The position numbers and the translations under genes are program-made. The notes beneath the pieces were generated by a model that saw only the letters and a program-made list of their open reading frames with translations, was not told where the DNA came from and did no database searches. Shown here piece by piece: positions 59,501 through 64,000 of a stretch of 64,000 bases of DNA; the stretch's first letter is position 1; each line of letters starts with the position of its first letter. The stretch is from the IMG/VR virus record IMGVR_UViG_3300032163_000924; one strand, given 5' to 3'. This DNA comes from an uncultured virus (IMG/VR IMGVR_UViG_3300032163_000924). Its lineage: Duplodnaviria > Heunggongvirae > Uroviricota > Caudoviricetes.

Positions 59501-62005
59501 ATGAGTCAGGATAATGTACTTCAACAAATAAAAGATATAGAGCAGTTAGCCAAAAATAGTGGTTTGGATTTTATTCCAGTTATATTTGAGTTTGTTAATA
59601 GAGATATAATGTTGGAGGCCTGCACCTATGGGTTACCAACCAGATCTCGACATTGGTCATATGGGAGATCTTATCAACACCAAAAAGTATATGGAGAGAT
59701 GGGCCTATCAAAAGTATATGAAATAGTATTTAATAATAACCCATCCTACGCTTTTCTTTTAGATACTAATGCTGATATAATAAATGTTATGGTTGGCGCC
59801 CACGTATTTGGGCATTGCATTAAATATGATCAACTGATAGATACTTTATGCGGACCAAAACAAATTTCTAGTATTCAGCCAGGAGATATGGTTCTAACAC
59901 ATAATGGAATTTTTAAAAATGTTTTGGAGGCAAAAGAGACTAAAAAGGCAAATGAAATATATTCTATAAAAACATATGGATATCCGGCAACTGAATGCAC
60001 TGCTGATCATAAATTTTATGCAAGAAGGGGTGGAAAAAATATTTGGATAGAAGCAAGGAATTTAATGAGCACAGACTTGATTGCTATCCCAAGAATTAAG
60101 CCATTAAATAATATAAATAATATAAATGTGCCGATAAATATATCCAGAACTACATCACTGGCAAAAAAAGCATTAAAAGATATTGGGTATAATTTTGAAT
60201 TAGACTATGATTTCGGCCGAATTATTGGATTATATTTGGCAGAAGGAAGTATCTCTGTAAATAGATTTTCATTTGCCTTTAGTAATCACGAGCAAAATTA
60301 TGCTGATTTTGTAAAATCTTATTTTGATAAATATAATATAACAACGAAAATCAAACTTCGTTCGAAACAACATTGTATTGAAGTTCAATGTTTTGATAAA
60401 TCCTTGGCTGTATGGTTTGATGATACCTTTGGTCATGGTTGTAATAATAAATCAATCCCAGAATACTTAATAAATGGGGCTAATTTAGAATTTTATGAAG
60501 GTCTATTGAGAGGATACTTAGATGGAGATGGCTGGGTCGAAGATAAATATACATCTGCCTCGGCATCTACTACAAGTATAAAACTGGCGTATCAGATAAA
60601 AAATTTATGCGCTATGTTCGGAATTAAGGCCGGAATAAGCCCAAGGCATAGAAGTGGTAGAAAAAAATCTTATGATATTATTATTTCTGGGGAAAATTAT
60701 GATCTTGTTTTGAAAATATGTAAGATTAATAGAACAAATATTCCAAAAAGAAGATGGTTATTTAACGAAATAGATAATGATTTCATCTATAATAGAATAA
60801 AGAAGATAAGTATTACAAAATCCCGTAATATATCAATGTGGGATTTAATGATTGAAGATGATCGCAGCTTTGTATTATCGAATGGAATGACAGCACATAA
60901 TTGTCATTTTTTTAAAAATAATATAATGTTCAAAGACTCTGATCGTAATATGATTTATAAAGCTGCCGAACGAGCAACAAGAGTGGATACCTACATATCT
61001 CAATACGGTATCGAAAAGGTAGAGCATTTGATGGATATAGGCTTCGCTATTGATAATCATATTGATTGGTATAAGGGAATATATAGACACAAATATCCAC
61101 CAAAAACTACAATAGAAGAAAAAAATAATATTGATGAATTTGAAGATCTACTAAATACTAATGTTAATAGGAGAAGCATGAGATCGCGAGTGATTGGAGC
61201 AAAATTTCCTCCACATCCAGAGAAAGATTTGTTATGGTTTTTAATTAATTATGCGCCTTTAGAAGATTGGGAAAAAGATGTGCTCAATATCATTAGAGAG
61301 GAGTCGTATTATTTCTACCCAATAGTTATGACTAAGGTCATGAACGAGGGTTGGGCCTCATTTTGGCACGCAGAATTGATGTTTAAATATACTGGAACTA
61401 ACGAAGAAGATCATTTAAATTTTTGTAAGTGCCACGCTGGAGTAGTTAATCCTGGCAATAAATTTAATATAAATCCTTATTATTTGGGTTTTAAAATATT
61501 TACCGATATAAGACGCAAGTGGGATAGTATGTATGCCGCAGGACTTTCAAATATCAATGGTATACAAAAAATTACCCAGGTTGCGGCCGAGGAAGATGAT
61601 GCGTCCTTTTTAAGGAATTATTTAACATCAGAATTAGTAAATGAGATGGGGCTATTTAATTATGGATACAGAATAAAAAGAAAGCCAACCGATAAAGAAG
61701 AGGATCTGACGGATAATCATGGTATTATTGAATTAAAAGACAGAGATATGGATAAATTAATTGAGCACATAATAAGGCCTACGCTTAATTATGGTGCGCC
61801 AGTAATAAATATAATAGAAGTGGATGGTGATACATTAATGTTGGAACACTCAAATAACGATGATATTTTGGATGATAAATATACAGAAAAAACTATGGAA
61901 TATTTATTTGAGTTGTGGAGTGGACCAATAGAGTTAAAAACGCATAACAGTATAAACGAATTAGTAACTTATTGTTTTGATGAAAGTGGTTTTGATCTTT
62001 TATAG
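59501..62005 (+). CDS. spoVR: SpoVR/YcgB family protein interrupted by an intein
   Basis: GLPTRSRHWSYG, YEIVFNNNPSYAFL, AHVFGH/CHFFKNN, LEDWEKDVL.IIREESYYF, TKVMNEGWASFWH and NPYYLGF motifs. Confidence 0.92.
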   Translation: MSQDNVLQQIKDIEQLAKNSGLDFIPVIFEFVNRDIMLEACTYGLPTRSRHWSYGRSYQHQKVYGEMGLSKVYEIVFNNNPSYAFLLDTNADIINVMVGAHVFGHCIKYDQLIDTLCGPKQISSIQPGDMVLTHNGIFKNVLEAKETKKANEIYSIKTYGYPATECTADHKFYARRGGKNIWIEARNLMSTDLIAIPRIKPLNNINNINVPINISRTTSLAKKALKDIGYNFELDYDFGRIIGLYLAEGSISVNRFSFAFSNHEQNYADFVKSYFDKYNITTKIKLRSKQHCIEVQCFDKSLAVWFDDTFGHGCNNKSIPEYLINGANLEFYEGLLRGYLDGDGWVEDKYTSASASTTSIKLAYQIKNLCAMFGIKAGISPRHRSGRKKSYDIIISGENYDLVLKICKINRTNIPKRRWLFNEIDNDFIYNRIKKISITKSRNISMWDLMIEDDRSFVLSNGMTAHNCHFFKNNIMFKDSDRNMIYKAAERATRVDTYISQYGIEKVEHLMDIGFAIDNHIDWYKGIYRHKYPPKTTIEEKNNIDEFEDLLNTNVNRRSMRSRVIGAKFPPHPEKDLLWFLINYAPLEDWEKDVLNIIREESYYFYPIVMTKVMNEGWASFWHAELMFKYTGTNEEDHLNFCKCHAGVVNPGNKFNINPYYLGFKIFTDIRRKWDSMYAAGLSNINGIQKITQVAAEEDDASFLRNYLTSELVNEMGLFNYGYRIKRKPTDKEEDLTDNHGIIELKDRDMDKLIEHIIRPTLNYGAPVINIIEVDGDTLMLEHSNNDDILDDKYTEKTMEYLFELWSGPIELKTHNSINELVTYCFDESGFDLL
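59816..60901 (+). mobile_element. Intein (362 aa) with LAGLIDADG homing endonuclease
   Basis: Starts Cys (CIKYDQLI); block B ECTADHKF; LAGLIDADG blocks IGLYLAEGS and LRGYLDGDG; block F MWDLMIED; ends TAHN followed by +1 Cys. Confidence 0.92.
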
Positions 62006-62017
62006 ATAGGAGCTTGT

Positions 62018-62185
62018 ATGAAAATCTGGAAAAAAGCTAGACTTTCAAATAGTAAAGATCCACGATATAGCATTGATATAAAAGAATTAAAATTACGATT
62101 GGAATCTATCGCTAAAGAGGGTAATATAGAGGTAGTGCAACTTGCTATCGAATCGTTATTGGAAGAGATAAATGAACAGAAATAA
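62018..62185 (+). CDS. Small hypothetical protein (55 aa, not in ORF track)
   Basis: AGGAG RBS then MKIWKKARLSNSKDPRY...EEINEQK. Confidence 0.55.
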   Translation: MKIWKKARLSNSKDPRYSIDIKELKLRLESIAKEGNIEVVQLAIESLLEEINEQK

Positions 62186-62197
62186 AGAAGGTAAAAT

Positions 62198-62740
62198 ATG
62201 TATAAAGTTGGTATTATAGGACATAGCCCAGACAATTTTATTAACCAAGAGTTATCTATAAAATCAGTAGAAGACACTATAGATTTAATACATCATCAAT
62301 ATGGTAAGGTAAATTATACTACAAATATAGAAGGGCAACCCGAAAGTTTAAATAATGGACTCACAATAAATATACCTGGAGAGATAGGTACGGGTTTGTG
62401 GGCAGGACAGGTATGTTTTTCTAAGCATATTAAGTATCATCTTTTTCTTCCATTTTTATTAGAAATGACCTCAGAATCTTGGTACGAGAAACAAAAGCAA
62501 CAATTATATATTTTATATGGTGCAGCGAATTCAGTTAGTGTGCAATCCATTATTTTTGATAAAACTTTATTGGAGTTTGCATACTTACCTATCATAGATG
62601 ATTCAAATTTTACCGTAGCTTTTTGGGAAGGCAGGAGGCAAGGTAGAACGTACAATGCCATTAAGTATGCGCTAAAAAATAACAAAGTAGTCTTAAATGG
62701 TACGCAGAATTTGAGATTAATAATTAACAGAGATATTTAA
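62198..62740 (+). CDS. SLOG-superfamily protein (YspA/DUF1273-like)
   Basis: KVGIIGHSP, LFLPF and IIDDSNFTVAFWEG...GRTYNAIKYALKNNK motifs. Confidence 0.6.
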   Translation: MYKVGIIGHSPDNFINQELSIKSVEDTIDLIHHQYGKVNYTTNIEGQPESLNNGLTINIPGEIGTGLWAGQVCFSKHIKYHLFLPFLLEMTSESWYEKQKQQLYILYGAANSVSVQSIIFDKTLLEFAYLPIIDDSNFTVAFWEGRRQGRTYNAIKYALKNNKVVLNGTQNLRLIINRDI

Positions 62741-62741
62741 A

Positions 62742-63347
62742 ATGGAAGATAGTCAGAAACCAGCAGTAGATTTTAGTATGCAATTTAATTTTGCAAAAAA
62801 TCACGAAAAAATAGAGCAATATATAATTGAATCTCTCAAAGTAATAGCCAAAGAAATAGATAATGGCAAAGAAAGTGCTATAGGCTCTATAATAGTTTTG
62901 GGAGATTTTGAAAAATTTGGACCTATTGTAGAGGGTATGGTACAAATGAAGCCAAAACAAAACCCAGTAGAAAATTTATTAGTATTCGATGAAACTCAAA
63001 ATTGTGTTGCACATATTAAAGAATTTTCTAAAACACCATTCGATGGTGCAATCGTTGTAAATAGAACCGGACAAATAATAGGTGCCGGAGTGTATTTAGT
63101 TGTTTCTGATCCACTACTTGATACTCCAGATGATTGTGGAACCAGACATAAAGCTGCGGCAAGTTTTTCTAAAAGAACAGATATAATTTCTGTGCTTACT
63201 TTGAGCGAAGAAACAAATATTATAAGAGTGTGGCAACATGGTAAAATAAAAATAATGATCAAAACAATAGATGAGGAAGAGGAGAAAAAAATTAACCAAA
63301 AAAGAAAAAATAATAAAAATACAATTACGAAGGAGAATGAAGAATGA
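62742..63347 (+). CDS. Stand-alone diadenylate cyclase (DAC/DisA_N domain)
   Basis: FDGAIVV, GTRHKAA (RHR-like) and LSEE catalytic motifs; no transmembrane or HhH region evident. Confidence 0.85.
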   Translation: MEDSQKPAVDFSMQFNFAKNHEKIEQYIIESLKVIAKEIDNGKESAIGSIIVLGDFEKFGPIVEGMVQMKPKQNPVENLLVFDETQNCVAHIKEFSKTPFDGAIVVNRTGQIIGAGVYLVVSDPLLDTPDDCGTRHKAAASFSKRTDIISVLTLSEETNIIRVWQHGKIKIMIKTIDEEEEKKINQKRKNNKNTITKENEE

Positions 63348-63988
63348 TTCAGACGATATCAAACGCTGAAGTCATTAAATTGTTCAAACAGGTAGATGAT
63401 ATAAAAGCCGAAAAAAATATACCAGAAAAAATAAAAAAATATCAAATAGAAAAATTACACAACAAAATTATAAAAGAATTATCATTTTTAGTTCATAACA
63501 CTGCCAAATATTACAAAAAATTTCCAAATCATGAAGATTTGTCACAGGAAGGATTTATAGGGTTGATAAAAGCTGTGCGAAGATTTGATTATACAAGATT
63601 TCCAAACTTTTTTATATATGCTGAGCAATGGATCAGACATAGAGTTAAATATGCTGCTAGTAAATTTGATATTTTATATAACCCAAATCGCATTCGTGTA
63701 GTGTATATAGGAGATATGGAAGAGCCTATGGATGAGGATCTTGACGTGACACCAGAAGATATTTTTTCTGAAACAGAAAAGAAAAAATGTATTAATAATG
63801 CATTGAATGATTTTTCAGATAGAGATAGAGAAATTGTGAAGCGGATTTTCGGTTTAGATGATTGCATGCCACAAACTTTGAGAGAAATAGGTCCAGATTT
63901 TAATATAACATACGAAAGAGTTCGTCAAATCAAAGATAATGTTATTTCCAAATTAAAGAAAAACCAACAAATTAATGAATTACGCTAA
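63344..63988 (+). CDS. Sigma-70 family RNA polymerase sigma factor (regions 2 and 4)
   Basis: EDLSQEGFIGLIKAVRRFD, F..YA..WIR and RDREIVKRIFGL...TLREIG..FNITYERVRQI motifs. Confidence 0.92.
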   Translation: MIQTISNAEVIKLFKQVDDIKAEKNIPEKIKKYQIEKLHNKIIKELSFLVHNTAKYYKKFPNHEDLSQEGFIGLIKAVRRFDYTRFPNFFIYAEQWIRHRVKYAASKFDILYNPNRIRVVYIGDMEEPMDEDLDVTPEDIFSETEKKKCINNALNDFSDRDREIVKRIFGLDDCMPQTLREIGPDFNITYERVRQIKDNVISKLKKNQQINELR

Positions 63989-64000
63989 TTATAGAAAATA

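Noticed and set aside
462..63867. Numerous minus-strand and off-frame ORFs in the track (e.g. 7462-7977, 16402-16812, 26480-26713, 47100-47522)
   Set aside because: They lie within well-supported + strand genes and show no motifs; treated as shadow ORFs.
1..64000. Stop-codon reassignment, as in some large phages
   Set aside because: Conserved enzymes are full length in the standard code, and TAA, TAG and TGA all terminate genes at expected positions.
1..64000. CRISPR array, tRNA or rRNA genes, strong intrinsic terminators
   Set aside because: No regularly spaced repeats, cloverleafs or GC-rich hairpin plus U-tract seen; intergenic space is minimal. Not verified with tools.

Overview
AT-rich, gene-dense window with essentially all genes on the + strand and many stop/start overlaps. 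It has eight free-standing homing-type endonuclease genes, an intein and no rRNA, tRNA or ribosomal-protein genes. This layout best fits a jumbo/huge phage or similar large mobile replicon (inference; no virion genes are in view). About 1-46.7 kb is a large glycan-biosynthesis island: nonulosonate (Pse/Neu-type) enzymes, dTDP-sugar (rml) genes, UDP-glucose dehydrogenase, many glycosyl-, methyl-, formyl-, acetyl- and sulfotransferases, and three exported serine proteases. About 46.7-54.6 kb holds a tubulin/FtsZ-family GTPase, an SF2 helicase, a DnaC-like loader and DnaB. About 54.7-64 kb holds PrkA/YeaG - YhbH/YeaH - SpoVR (with a LAGLIDADG intein), a SLOG protein, a stand-alone diadenylate cyclase and a sigma-70 factor. 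The most unusual signal is a dispersed family of about 15 small ORFs (44-105 aa) wedged between the glycan genes. They share only an N-terminal motif, M-x-[DEN]-x-x-K-x-[LIV]-Y (8 exact, about 7 near matches), followed by unrelated sequence. All family assignments are from motifs read by eye, not database searches.
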